A stretch of DNA of 63,968 bases, filler included, from Lama guanicoe (GCA_013239625.1; 78 parts of 76 records of this genome joined end to end with filler, not necessarily neighbours in it); one strand, 5' to 3'; positions 1 to 12,433 are shown, numbered from the whole stretch's first letter. The notes: a model not told the origin generated them from the letters alone. Numbers and translations are program-made.

Positions 1-524
1 CCTACTGCCCACATCACAGCCCCCAGTCAGCAGGTAACCTGGAAGTCACAGTAAGTGCCCCACCCCATTCAGGAGTCTCTTCATTTGCCAGCACCACTGA
101 TGACAGGTTTCCAACCTTTGGTCAGTTTCGCACAAAACAGCACCCTCTACTGTGAAGCGGGTGGTTTTCGCTTCTGCGCCCCATTCTTACTGCAAACGTT
201 AAGGGAAACCAAGAGGCCTTTTATCAACCCTTTTCTGATGACACCCCCCCCACCCACAATACTCTCATGCTCAAGAGCTTTGGATCCACGTGATTTTGTT
301 TCCCTTACGCTAAGTGGCTCAAAACACTGTGGGATTCTTTCCCTTTTGAGAGTATTTGTACTCAGTTCATCAGCTTTAATCTGTTTTTGTCTCTCCCTTC
401 AGTGTCCCTAGCAGTTGCCACTTCTTAGTCACTTCAGCAGCCTCCCTCCCAATATCTACTCTAGGAAATCGGCTATGATGAGGGGCCCAGGGTCAGTCAC
501 AGAAGATGCAACTAAGGCACAGAG

Positions 525-624
525 NNNNNNNNNNNNNNNNNNNNNNNNNNNNNNNNNNNNNNNNNNNNTTAATTAATTAANNNNNNNNNNNNNNNNNNNN
601 NNNNNNNNNNNNNNNNNNNNNNNN
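525..624. other. Artificial contig linker (first of ~77): N44-TTAATTAATTAA-N44
   Basis: The same 100-bp spacer, with a six-frame stop palindrome, recurs throughout the window between unrelated sequences. Confidence 0.99.
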
Positions 625-1495
625 GTACTTAGAGGACTTCTCCCTAAACGGAACACCTTTTCCACCATTCATCCGGGTGCAGTGGGCTGCACAGCTCTCC
701 CACACTTAAGAAAGTGTTCTGGAATTCTGAGAGCAGGGAAGTTCCTCCAACTGACAGCAGCGCCTGGGTTCTTATTGAATCCCTTTGCTTGTCTTCCCTG
801 ATGGAAATCCTAGGAGGGAGTGCGGGGAAAATGTGGTTTGGGCTCCGAATCCAAGTATTTGCGATGACTTCTCTATGGTTTGTGGAGGTGTTTAAACTAC
901 ATCCCTAACCTGGGAACACCTGTGCCCCCATAAAGATCCGTGGAGTCTGTTTTCACACCTCCAGCACACACACGAACACTTGCACANNNNNNNNNNNNNN
1001 NNNNNNNNNNNNNNNNNNNNNNNNNNNNNNNNNNNNNNNNNNNNNNNNNNNNNNNNNNNNNNNNNNNNNNNNNNNNNNNNNNNNNNNNNNNNNNNNNNNN
1101 NNNNNNNNNNNNNNNNNNNNNNNNNNNNNNNNNNNNNNNNNNNNNNNNNNNNNNNNNNNNNNNNNNNNNNNNNNNNNNNNNNNNNNNNNNNNNNNNNNNN
1201 NNNNNNNNNNNNNNNNNNNNNNNNNNNNNNNNNCTCTGTATCCCCACCACCAGAACACACATGAAGAAGTTTTCTGCTATCCTGAGTGTGGGCTGGCAAT
1301 TTCAGGGGACAAAAGCGGCTGGGTTCTAATAGAATCCCTTAGCTTTTAATCCCTGAGTGTTTCCCTAGTACTGACTCTGAGAGAAAACTGGGGGTTGGGC
1401 TTTGAGTCCAAATAGTAGCGAGTGTCCCCGATGACCTGATTAAGTATTTAGATGAATTCTTCATAAAGGGAAACACATGAGCACACATTCATCTG
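625..1495. repeat. Diverged satellite related to the 267-bp satellite
   Basis: 717-800 aligns ungapped to 17405-17488 (62/84 identical by hand count). It is also a reverse-complement paralog of contig 8415-9253. Confidence 0.75.
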
Positions 1496-2330
1496 NNNNN
1501 NNNNNNNNNNNNNNNNNNNNNNNNNNNNNNNNNNNNNNNTTAATTAATTAANNNNNNNNNNNNNNNNNNNNNNNNNNNNNNNNNNNNNNNNNNNNTGTCC
1601 AGCTGCTCGCTGCAGTCCACCATCCACTGCAGGGGAGAAAGGGGTGGTCAGCGATGGCAGGACACACAGGCTCATCCTCACTCTGCCCTGGCCCCCTAGG
1701 AATGGTCCCATCCTTCTGCAGTACAGCTGGTATGAAATCTTGCTCAGTCACTTTCAAAGACAAATCTTTCTCTACCAGCAGGTCCAAGTTGGCAACTTCA
1801 AATTCCACATGGAGGTGACCCTTTGGTATATGCGTATGGCAGGCAAACCCATCTCCCTTCATCTAACATCATGAACATTCCGCTACATTCCAAGGCCAAC
1901 CAGACACCACATAGGATAATTATGAGATTTGAGAAAACAGCACCATGTTTGACCTCCTGACTATGCCTCAGCCACACTAGACCCCCTACAGGGTCAAGGC
2001 CAGAGCTGGAGGCCAGGCATGCATGTGTGGATCATCCCGTGCACCTAGCAACAAAATGGACCTGTGGACATTCAGGACAGCATGGCATTGGGGCAGAGCC
2101 CCACACTGGCCATCAGAAGCCCAGCTCAAGCCCAGTCCCACCATTGATCTCATGAGAGCTCAGGGCCCCCAAAGTACAGTCTCACAACCACCTGCGTGAC
2201 AGTGGTCCCTGGGCCCCACCCTCCACCCACTGAATTACTCTCTGACGGCAGAGTCTGTATTCTCCATTTTGACAAGCCCCTCAAGTGATACATCAGAAGT
2301 GTAAGAGCCACTAAAAATCCACGTGCTCTC

Positions 2331-2420
2331 TCAGGCTTCATTTCGTCCTCTATAAAATGGGGACAGTAAGGCTGTGCAACTCTGCAAGGGTGAAATGAAG
2401 GACCTTGGTGAACCATAAAA
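2331..2420 (+). mobile_element. MIR SINE fragment
   Basis: MIR core-like 'cttcatttcgtcctctataaaatggggacagtaa'. Confidence 0.6.
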
Positions 2421-2651
2421 AATCTATACAGAAAGTAGTAGTAACAGTACGGCTCTTCCACTGCAATGTGCTATCTAGACGTACGGTAGGGCCTTTATCA
2501 TAGTATTAAACGTTAGCTAGGCTCTCTGGCTAATGTTGAACATTGACCTTGNNNNNNNNNNNNNNNNNNNNNNNNNNNNNNNNNNNNNNNNNNNNTTAAT
2601 TAATTAANNNNNNNNNNNNNNNNNNNNNNNNNNNNNNNNNNNNNNNNNNNN

Positions 2652-3130
2652 CATAAGGGCACGAAGAAGGGCAGATATTTCCTTAGGGTGAAACAATGGA
2701 CGGTGGAAAGCCAGATCATCCATTAACAGAACTTTGTTCTGGCATGAAAGCATGCTATTGAACCCAGGGGAGTTACTTGCTATCTTGAGATGTCCCAGAG
2801 GCAATGACAGGATAGACTCAGAAATTTTGCGTACCCCCAGGAGGGTGATTGTTCCTGGAAGGGATGGGCCTGAAATTAATCAGTTAACCCGCAAGCAGAA
2901 TTTAGTGCTTTATCCCGTGGAATATCTAAAGCCCCACCTCTCTGATCACATTTTTTTCTGAGCTGTATACTCCTAATAAATACGATGTCGACCAGGCTTT
3001 CGGGGCTCTAGATCCAAGAGATCTTGAGTCCCCTGTCCCATCATTGCTCTTTACTTTGTCTCTTTGTTTCTTAAGTCTTGCGTTGCCCGTTGCCAGACAC
3101 AATCCCGAGCTGCGCTGAACGCAGCAATCC
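2652..3130 (+). mobile_element. Probable ERV LTR (3' part)
   Basis: AATAAA at 2975-2980 followed by R/U5-like sequence ending near ...gcagca. Family not assigned. Confidence 0.45.
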
Positions 3131-4681
3131 TGTGCATCCGGGCGCCCCAGCTTTCCAGAGCTTCTGCCCTGTCCCCAGCCCTGCTCACCCTCAGTTTACC
3201 CAATCACCACTGCCAGAGGGTCTGCTCACAGACCCTGAAGAAGAGCTCGCTTACCCACAGAATAACATGCCTTTGTGTAAATTGGGACTTTTCCCTTCTT
3301 CTTAATTTAGCTTCTCTGTGTTTTCTGAAAGCAGAATATTGTTTAATGTTNNNNNNNNNNNNNNNNNNNNNNNNNNNNNNNNNNNNNNNNNNNNTTAATT
3401 AATTAANNNNNNNNNNNNNNNNNNNNNNNNNNNNNNNNNNNNNNNNNNNNTGACTGAACAAAGTAAAGGAAAACATTAGAGTTACACGAGCCGTCCAATG
3501 TAACGTAAAACTAAAAACTATTATTCAGTGGCTAATAAAAAATATAATAAGAGTTTTACCCTGAGGTTAACTTATAACTCAAGGGAAAGAGACCTTACTT
3601 AATGCCTTATGCAAGCTTTGGAAGACAAGATAAAGTAAACTTTAAAGTTTTAACACATGGAATTCTTTGTTTACAGCTCTTCACACTGATTCAAAAATTA
3701 AGGAGATGCAATTGGGCCTGGGTGACAGAGCAATTCTCTGGAGAACTGGACACATGTGTCTTTGTCTTGCAGATCAGAAATGTAAATACAGCAGTGACCT
3801 AGGTGTGAACCTAATTAGCTCAAAGAAATAAAACTTAAGGCCAAAGAAAGTTTTCGCATTTTAGAACTGAGAACTCTGACGGGTCCTTCAGATTTGTCAA
3901 GAAATCTTTTATGTCTGTTTCATAAATAGTAAGCCTTAGTGATTTGAGCAAGCAACTTCAGCTTACTCCAACTATTATTGTCCGTATCTCATAGGTAAGT
4001 TTTAAAGTGAAGCTATGAGATCTCTAGCTTTTGNNNNNNNNNNNNNNNNNNNNNNNNNNNNNNNNNNNNNNNNNNNNTTAATTAATTAANNNNNNNNNNN
4101 NNNNNNNNNNNNNNNNNNNNNNNNNNNNNNNNNTCCACAGAACGTGTGAAACAAGCACAGTCCTATTCCTCTGCATCACAAAGAATAAGTGTCCACTAGG
4201 ACAGGGCTCCATCACTCCAAGCTTTCCACAGAGAAAGAATTGCATGTACGCAGCCAGTCCACATGACACGTTGACGTCCAGGATGGGGTGCTCCTCCTCT
4301 GTGGTGTCCCAGCCCGGGCACTGTCAGAATCAGGGTCGGGGCACGAGGCCTGCAATGTGGGTATCCGTCTCAACCTACCCACATGTGGCCATGCTTGGCT
4401 TGATTTTCAGTTAGTTCAAGCAGGTTTGCCATGGATATGTGAGGAGCCGCAAAGAGGGCACTTCTAGCTGGCCTAAAGTTCGAGGTCCATCCTGCCAGGG
4501 GCCATCCAGACATTCCACGGCCTGCCGCCGTCGGCCGCGTCCCATGGGTGGGAACATCTTCCACCCATTTGGAACGTGAGCNNNNNNNNNNNNNNNNNNN
4601 NNNNNNNNNNNNNNNNNNNNNNNNNTTAATTAATTAANNNNNNNNNNNNNNNNNNNNNNNNNNNNNNNNNNNNNNNNNNNN

Positions 4682-4730
<49 letters not shown>

Positions 4731-4745
4731 ACACATATATATAAT
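4682..4745. repeat. (TA)n(CA)n microsatellite
   Basis: Directly visible. Confidence 0.95.
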
Positions 4746-4904
4746 GATCCTATTCGAAATAGAATATCTGAAAAAATTGTCAAATCGGGCAAGCTTCGTG
4801 GACTAAAAATTAACTAGAGATTCAAGGATGGTGAAGAGAGATAAACAAAAAAACCACAACAAAACCCCTTATCTTGGAAGATTTCAAAACTTGTGTGTAG
4901 TTTT

Positions 4905-5020
4905 GCTTTTTTTTTTATTGTAGTATAGTCTATTTACAATGTGTTAGTTTCTGGTGTACAATGTAGTGATTCTGTTATACATATATGTGTATATGTATAT
5001 ATTCTTTTCATATTCTTTTT
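4905..5020 (-). mobile_element. L1 3' end with poly(A) remnant
   Basis: T-run then 'attgtagtatagtctatttacaatgtgttagtttctggtgtaca', typical of a laurasiatherian L1 3' terminus. Confidence 0.65.
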
Positions 5021-5154
5021 AAAAAGCTTACTGATTAAAGTTTTCTTCTATTTTTTTCTTTATTACAAAAGCAGTGTGTTCTGTTGACATGAAATAGACT
5101 GCCAGATATTAAAGTTTTCTTCTATTGTTTCTTTATTACAAAAGCAGTGTGTTC

Positions 5155-5464
5155 TGTTGACCTGAAATAGACTGCCAGATATTTCTGCATCAAAGATGTG
5201 TTTATTTTGGATCAGAAGAGAATTCCATTTTGGGTCCAATCACGTGCTAGTCCCAGCATACCAAGGGAAGGAGAAGGCTTTTACAGAGCGGAAAGGGAGG
5301 TGGGAGGGCTGCGGTATACAGAGCCCAGGGCTTTTCATGGGCTGAGTCCTTGCCGGGAAGGAGAAGTCTTTCTTCATCCTGTTGTGCTCTGCTCTCCTCA
5401 CAGGGTGTGAGAGGCCCCCCTTGTGATCACTCAGCTCTATTTAATTATGGTTTCTGTATATTAA
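5155..5464. mobile_element. Probable LTR fragment
   Basis: Begins TGTTGAC; contains TTTATT (antisense polyA signal) and 'ggcttttacag' (antisense TATA-like). Confidence 0.45.
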
Positions 5465-5564
5465 NNNNNNNNNNNNNNNNNNNNNNNNNNNNNNNNNNNN
5501 NNNNNNNNTTAATTAATTAANNNNNNNNNNNNNNNNNNNNNNNNNNNNNNNNNNNNNNNNNNNN

Positions 5565-6569
5565 GGCTCTTCAGGAGCGGCGGGCTCTTCAGGAATGGCA
5601 GGCTCTTCAGGAGTGGCAAGATCAGCAGGAGCGGCTAGATGAGCAGGAATGGCAGGCTCTTCAGGAGCTGCAGGCTCTTCAGGAATGGCAGGCTCTTCAG
5701 GAGCTGCAGGCTCCTCAGGAGCGGCAGGCTCTTCAGGAGCTGCAGGCTCCTCAGGAGCGGCTAGATCAGCAGGAATGGCGGGCTCTTCAGGAGCGGCTAG
5801 ATCAGCAGGAATGGCGGGCTCTTCAGGAGCAGCTAGATCAGCAGGAATGGCGGGCTCTTCAGGAGCAGCTAGATCAGCAGGANNNNNNNNNNNNNNNNNN
5901 NNNNNNNNNNNNNNNNNNNNNNNNNNNNNNNNNNNNNNNNNNNNNNNNNNNNNNNNNNNNNNNNNNNGCAGGCTCTTGCGGCTAGATCAGCAGGAACAGC
6001 AGGTTCATCAGGAGTGGCTAGATCAGCAGGAATGTCGGGCTCTTCAGGAGCGGTTAGATCAGCAGGAACGGCAGGCGCTTCAGGAGCGGCGGGCTCTTCA
6101 GGAGCGGCTAGATCAGCAGGAATGGCGGGCTCTTCAGGAGCGGCTAGATCAGCAGGAATGGCGGGCTCTTCAGGAGCGGCTAGATCAGCAGGAATGGCGG
6201 GCTCTTCAGGAGCGGCTAGATCAGCAGGAATGGCGGGCTCTTCAGGAGCGGCTAGATCAGCAGGAATGGCGGGCTCTTCAGGAGCGGCTAGATCAGCAGG
6301 AATGGCGGGCTCTTCAGGAGCGGCTAGATCAGCAGGAATGGCGGGCTCTTCAGGAGCGGCTAGATCAGCAGGAACGGCAGGCGCTTCAGGAGCGGCGGGC
6401 TCTTCAGGAGCGGCAGGCTCTTCAGGAGCGGCTAGATGAGCAGGAGCAGCAGGCTCTTCAGGAGCTGCAGGCAAGATCCTGGGGAGAGACCTGGGCGATG
6501 TCTGGGCAGGAGACTGTGGAGGTGGGGAGCCCTTCATACCCAGACTCTTCCGGAGCCTGTGCTGGCCTT
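5565..6569 (-). CDS. Partial ORF of 18/36-bp tandem repeats encoding Pro/Ala/Glu-rich (PEEPAIPADLAA)n; gene unassigned
   Basis: The minus frame is open from the right contig edge through the repeats and again left of the gap. Many unit variants are synonymous in this frame. There is a 5-bp deletion at the gap edge (~5977). Confidence 0.5.
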
Positions 6570-6669
6570 NNNNNNNNNNNNNNNNNNNNNNNNNNNNNNN
6601 NNNNNNNNNNNNNTTAATTAATTAANNNNNNNNNNNNNNNNNNNNNNNNNNNNNNNNNNNNNNNNNNNN

Positions 6670-6885
6670 TGAGGTGATACCTCATTGCAGTTTTGATTTG
6701 CCTTTCTCTGATAATTAGCAACACTGAGCATTTTCTCATGTGCCTATTGGCCATTTGTACGTCTTCACTGGAGAAATGTTTGTTTAGGTCTTCTGCCCAT
6801 GTTTTGGTTGGGTTGTTTGTTTTTTTGTTACTGAGTTGTATGAGCTGTTTGTATTCTGGAAATTAAGCCCTTGTCAGTTGCCTGA
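6670..6885 (-). mobile_element. L1 ORF2 3' region fragment
   Basis: 'gaggtgatacctcattgcagttttgatttgc...ctggagaaatgtttgtttaggtcttctgccca', a typical antisense L1. Confidence 0.85.
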
Positions 6886-7049
6886 GTAACTCTGGATGCT
6901 CCTTCAGGTCTTAGTTGAAAGCCGTTCTTCCTGGCAGCCTCTCCTGCTTTCCCCAGACTAAGCGAAGACCCCCCCCCATGACACCTTCTCCTTTGAGTAA
7001 CAACTGACACTCATTAAAGATTTGCATGATTATTATTTTTAAATTGTCT

Positions 7050-7370
7050 TGATTAATTTTGGTTCACAGGTAATTGAGCAGACTGTACAGAGAGTTCCAA
7101 TACCCGTTTCCCCACACAGTTCCCCCGTTACTAGCCTCTTGCGTTCATGTGGTACCTTTGTTACAGCTGATGAACAATCGTTGATGCGTTATTGCCAACT
7201 AGAGTCCACAGTTAACGTTAGGGCTCTGTCTTGGAGCTGGGTTGAGCTGGGTTTTGACAAATGCATAATGTCATGTATCCACCATGACAGTGTCACACAG
7301 AATTGTGTCACTGCCCTAAAAATCCCCTGGGCTCCAGCTATCCAGTTCCTGCCCCTCCCCCAGTCACTGA
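7050..7370 (-). mobile_element. Old L1M 3' UTR fragment
   Basis: 'gtacagagagttcc...ggtacctttgttacagctgatgaac...gggttttgacaaatgcataatg'. Confidence 0.7.
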
Positions 7371-7384
7371 TTTTTTAAAATTAT

Positions 7385-7500
7385 CTCCCTGCTGGACTCT
7401 ATCCTCCATCAGAGCAGGGACGCCTATCTGCTTTGTCGACCATTAGACTTGCTCTTCCCAGCTCAGAGCCTGGCATACAACAGGCACCCTATAAATAAGT
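7385..7500 (+). mobile_element. L2 3' end fragment
   Basis: 'ctccatcagagcaggga...agagcctggcatacaacaggcacc'. Confidence 0.55.
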
Positions 7501-8138
7501 TTCTTTGCATATTTTAATAAAAATAAAATTCTACCAAACACGTTATTCTGCAACTTGCTTTTTACAAATATTGACACNNNNNNNNNNNNNNNNNNNNNNN
7601 NNNNNNNNNNNNNNNNNNNNNTTAATTAATTAANNNNNNNNNNNNNNNNNNNNNNNNNNNNNNNNNNNNNNNNNNNNGGTGAAGGGCTGAAGAGAGACAA
7701 TGATACAGGGTTTCTGCACACACGCCGCTACCAACCGACTTCCCGACCATGGGCGCAACCGCCTTGAACATCTGAAGGAATTGGCGGCTTCACTCTGGGT
7801 GGTCAAGGGAAGGTCGCGAGGGGTGCACCCTGGGGCGGGGGCTCAAGTTCCCATCCTGGGGGTCACGAAGGACCCCCGGGCCACGGACCCCACGCCCTAA
7901 GCCCCTCCCCGACTCCCCGCGCTGAGCGAGGGCCGACCTGGAATCAAGCAAAGCCCCAGCAAGAGCGGCCAGGCCCTGCCCCAGTTCCTGGCGCGCAGAA
8001 GACGGAGCAGCTTGGCGGGGGTCGGGGTCGGCGCTGGAATCAGGGCCGAGGGTCCTAGGCCAAGGCCGCGGCTGTGAACGCCTAGGTCGTTTGGGAATCT
8101 GCGCGGGGGTGCGCGGCCGGCACACGGGGTGCGGACAA

Positions 8139-8308
8139 TCACATCATGCCACAGGAGCCTTCCCCGATGTACCAGAGTTTGCTGTAGGGCGGCCCCAAGT
8201 AGCAGTCCTGCCCGCGGACCATGTCAGAGACCGTGTCCCTTCCGCGGGCATCAACGTCGCCTTCCCCTCCGCAGACCCTGCAACCACAGCCGCCGCTGCC
8301 GCCTCCAT
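8139..8308 (-). pseudogene. MAPK1: Unprocessed MAPK1 (ERK2) exon-1 pseudogene copy A; GC-rich intron-1-like sequence continues to 7678
   Basis: 8222-8139 translates MVRGQDCYLGPPYSKLWYIGEGSCGMM*, versus ERK2 [27 protein letters not shown]. The upstream ATG (8308) is 86 nt away and so out of frame. The donor reads GTGATT. Confidence 0.88.
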
Positions 8309-8414
8309 GGAAACNNNNNNNNNNNNNNNNNNNNNNNNNNNNNNNNNNNNNNNNNNNNTTAATTAATTAANNNNNNNNNNNNNNNNNNNNNNNNNNNNNN
8401 NNNNNNNNNNNNNN

Positions 8415-9253
8415 AGGTTTCTCTCAGAGTCAGTCCTAGGGAAACACTCAGGGATTAAAATCTTAGGGATTCTACTAGAACGCAGCCGCTTCTGTCACCT
8501 AAAATTGCCAGCCCACACTCAGGATAGCAGAAAACTTCTTCATGTGTGTTCTGGTGGTGGGGATACAGAGTCCACGCTTTTTTCAAGGAGCACAGGTATT
8601 CCCATGTTGTGGGGTTTTGGTTAATAACCTCCAAATCCCATGGAGAAGCACTCGCTAATACTTGGATTTAGAGNNNNNNNNNNNNNNNNNNNNNNNNNNN
8701 NNNNNNNNNNNNNNNNNNNNNNNNNNNNNNNNNNNNNNNNNNNNNNNNNNNNNNNNNNNNNNNNNNNNNNNNNNNNNNNNNNNNNNNNNNNNNNNNNNNN
8801 NNNNNNNNNNNNNNNNNNNNNNNNNNNNNNNNNNNNNNNNNNNNNNNNNNNNNNNNNNNNNNNNNNNNNNNNNNNNNNNNNNNNNNNNNNNNNNNNNNNN
8901 NNNNNNNNNNNNNNNNNNNNNNNNNNNNNNNNNNNNNNNNNNNNNNNNNNNNNNNNNNNNNNNNNNNNNNNNNNNNNNNNNNNNNNNNNNNNNNNNNNNN
9001 NNNNNNNNNNNNNNNNNNNNNNNNNNNNNNNNNNNNNNNNNNNNNNNNNNNNNNNNNNNNNNNNNNNNNNNNNNNNNATGTGCAGCCCCACTCCACCCAG
9101 ATGAATGGAGGAAAAGGTGTTCCGTTTAGGGAGAAGTCCTCTAAGTAGTTCCTCAGTGGATCAGGGGTCACTCACTGCTGCTTGGCTTCCAAGCCCAACC
9201 CCCGGCTTTACCTCATGTCCAGGCCTAAAGGAACACTCAGGGAACAGAAGCTA
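8415..9253. repeat. Diverged satellite, reverse-complement paralog of 625-1495
   Basis: 8502-8570 is the reverse complement of 1234-1302 (near-identical). 9079-9147 is approximately the reverse complement of 626-692. Confidence 0.8.
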
Positions 9254-9353
9254 NNNNNNNNNNNNNNNNNNNNNNNNNNNNNNNNNNNNNNNNNNNNTTA
9301 ATTAATTAANNNNNNNNNNNNNNNNNNNNNNNNNNNNNNNNNNNNNNNNNNNN

Positions 9354-9805
9354 AATGTAGAACACAGAGTATAGAATATACAATACTGAATACTGAATAA
9401 ATAATTTAAAATATAGAATGTAGAACACAGAATAAAGAATATACAGTACAGAATGCAGAATATAGAATAAAGAATGTTGAATGTAGAAAACAGAATATAG
9501 AATATGGAACAGAGAATACAGAAGCCAGAATTTAGAGCATAGAATGCACAACACAGAATTCAGAATATAGAATATAAAATACTGAATATAGAATTTAGAA
9601 CATAGAATGCGGAACACAGAATAAAATACACTGAATATATAGTTTAGAACATGGAATTCAGAACACAGAATTTAGAATATAGAATACAGAATAATGAATA
9701 TAGAATTTCGAATATTGTTTGAAAACACAGAATACAGAATATAGAATAGAGAAAATAAAAACCACAATTTAGAACATGGAATGCAGAACACAGAATTTAG
9801 AGTAT
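9354..9805 (+). repeat. AGAATAT-heptamer satellite
   Basis: 7-bp periodic AGAATAT/AGAACAC/AGAATTT with recurrent 'agaacatggaatgcagaacacagaattt'. Confidence 0.95.
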
Positions 9806-9905
9806 NNNNNNNNNNNNNNNNNNNNNNNNNNNNNNNNNNNNNNNNNNNNTTAATTAATTAANNNNNNNNNNNNNNNNNNNNNNNNNNNNNNNNNNNNNNN
9901 NNNNN

Positions 9906-9991
<86 letters not shown>
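9906..9991. repeat. (CA)n microsatellite
   Basis: Uninterrupted CA run at the contig edge. Confidence 0.99.
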
Positions 9992-10924
9992 ACCCTCCCA
10001 GTAGAGTGCTGTGCAGGAGACACCCTTCGTGGGACCACCAGGTGACAAGAGCTGGCTCTGCCTTCTGTCTCCCCCTTGCAATCTGTGTGACCCTGGCTGC
10101 TACCTTAACCTCTCTGTGCCTCATTCCAACACATAAGTCTTAATCCAGGGCCTCCTGTGTGTCAGGTTTCATCAGCCAGCAGGGCAAACTCCTCTGTCCT
10201 ATTCGGGGGTACAACATGTCAAGACAGAGAATAAGGACACAGGAATTATCCAGTGTTCACAGGTAATGCCATGTGGGACGGGAAAAAGACACAGGGTGCA
10301 GTGACAGTGTGGCTCGGGCTGCTGCCACTTCAAGCAGCATGGTCAGGGGCTCAGGATGACCAGGACATGAGCAGCTGTGGGAAGGGGCGGTGTGGGTATA
10401 TGGGTAAGAGTGTTCCAGCCCAGGGAACAGCCTGTGAAAAGGCCCTGTGCAGGTGGCCACCTCGCTGAGGAGCCATCCCTGGGCTGCTGGGAGGTGTAAA
10501 CTGGTTGACAGGCGGTGCTTCCCGCACAATGGAGACACTCAGACGCGGCTGCGGTCACCACCACCAAGGTGATGTTTACTCTGAAGGTCTCAAAGCATCA
10601 AGGCCTTCGGAGTCCCGGGCATGCGCACGGGGGTCTGATCTGCCACTGGGTCGGGTGACCGTGTCCTGTCCTGCAGTCGAGCTCCCTGCTTCAGAACATG
10701 GCAGCCCCAGCGTGCAGGCCCTGCAAGCCGTCTTCCCCCAAGGCCCCCAGCCCTGCCACACAACCTCAACACGCGCTTTCTCACAAATGCTGAAATCAGC
10801 CAACACACACACTCACACGCAGTANNNNNNNNNNNNNNNNNNNNNNNNNNNNNNNNNNNNNNNNNNNNTTAATTAATTAANNNNNNNNNNNNNNNNNNNN
10901 NNNNNNNNNNNNNNNNNNNNNNNN

Positions 10925-12333
10925 GTTCTAAATTCTGGGTTCTGTACTCTGAATCCTATATTTAGTTTTCTGTATTCAACTTTCTATATTCCACATTCTA
11001 TGTTCTGTATTCTATACTCTATATTATAAATGCTTTGTTCCGAATTCCATGTTCTATATTCTTTGTTCTGTATTCTGCGTTTTATATTCTATATTCCGTG
11101 TTNNNNNNNNNNNNNNNNNNNNNNNNNNNNNNNNNNNNNNNNNNNNNNNNNNNNNNNNNNNNNNNNNNNNNNNNNNNNNNNNNNNNNNNNNNNNNNNNNN
11201 NNNNNNNNNNNNNNNNNNNNNNNNNNNNNNNNNNNNNNNNNNNNNNNNNNNNNNNNNNNNNNNNNNNNNNNNNNNNNNNNNNNNNNNNNNNNNNNNNNNN
11301 NNNNNNNNNNNNNNNNNNNNNNNNNNNNNNNNNNNNNNNNNNNNNNNNNNNNNNNNNNNNNNNNNNNNNNNNNNNNNNNNNNNNNNNNNNNNNNNNNNNN
11401 NNNNNNNNNNNNNNNNNNNNNNNNNNNNNNNNNNNNNNNNNNNNNNNNNNNNNNNNNNNNNNNNNNNNNNNNNNNNNNNNNNNNNNNNNNNNNNNNNNNN
11501 NNNNNNNNNNNNNNNNNNNNNNNNNNNNNNNNNNNNNNNNNNNNNNNNNNNNNNNNNNNNNNNNNNNNNNNNNNNNNNNNNNNNNNNNNNNNNNNNNNNN
11601 NNNNNNNNNNNNNNNNNNNNNNNNNNNNNNNNNNNNNNNNNNNNNNNNNNNNNNNNNNNNNNNNNNNNNNNNNNNNNNNNNNNNNNNNNNNNNNNNNNNN
11701 NNNNNNNNNNNNNNNNNNNNNNNNNNNNNNNNNNNNNNNNNNNNNNNNNNNNNNNNNNNNNNNNNNNNNNNNNNNNNNNNNNNNNNNNNNNNNNNNNNNN
11801 NNNNNNNNNNNNNNNNNNNNNNNNNNNNNNNNNNNNNNNNNNNNNNNNNNNNNNNNNNNNNNNNNNNNNNNNNNNNNNNNNNNNNNNNNNNNNNNNNNNN
11901 NNNNNNNNNNNNNNNNNNNNNNNNNNNNNNNNNNNGTGTTCTACATTCTGTATTCTACATTTTATATACTGTATACCACATTCTACATTCTGTGTTCTGC
12001 ATTCAATGCCTAATTACTGGGTTCTCTATTCTATATTCTATATTCTAAAAACTGTGTTCTTCATTCCATGTTCTGAATTCTGGATTCTGTATTCTATATT
12101 CTATATTCTTTGTATTACATTCTATATTCTACATTCTATATTCTGAATTCTATATTCTATAGTCTGTGTTCTGAATTCAATGTTCTAAATTCTGGGTGCT
12201 GTTTTCTTAATTCTATTTTTTATATTCTGTGTTTTACATTCTAAGTTCTACATTTTATTTCTGTATTCTATATTCTATATTCTTTGTTCTGATTTCCATG
12301 TTCTAAATTCTGGGTCCTGTATTCTGAATCCTA
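10925..12333 (-). repeat. AGAATAT-heptamer satellite (with internal gap)
   Basis: ATATTCT periodicity. Confidence 0.95.
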
Positions 12334-12433
12334 NNNNNNNNNNNNNNNNNNNNNNNNNNNNNNNNNNNNNNNNNNNNTTAATTAATTAANNNNNNNNNNN
12401 NNNNNNNNNNNNNNNNNNNNNNNNNNNNNNNNN

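Noticed and set aside
116..154. TACTGTG as an RSS heptamer / CAGCACCCTCTACTG as a CTCF site
   Set aside because: There is no nonamer at 12 or 23 spacing, and a lone CTCF-like motif cannot be supported.
1596..1862. Faint FANCA-like peptide resemblance (LHVEFEV...QDF...DGGLQ)
   Set aside because: Too weak and gapped; likely chance.
5649..6617. Trichohyalin/involucrin-like coiled-coil ORF (ALQERLDQQEWR)n on the + strand
   Set aside because: The track ORF changes frame across an N gap, and repeat variants are non-synonymous in this frame (including Leu to Pro). The minus frame fits better, though the plus frame is not formally excluded.
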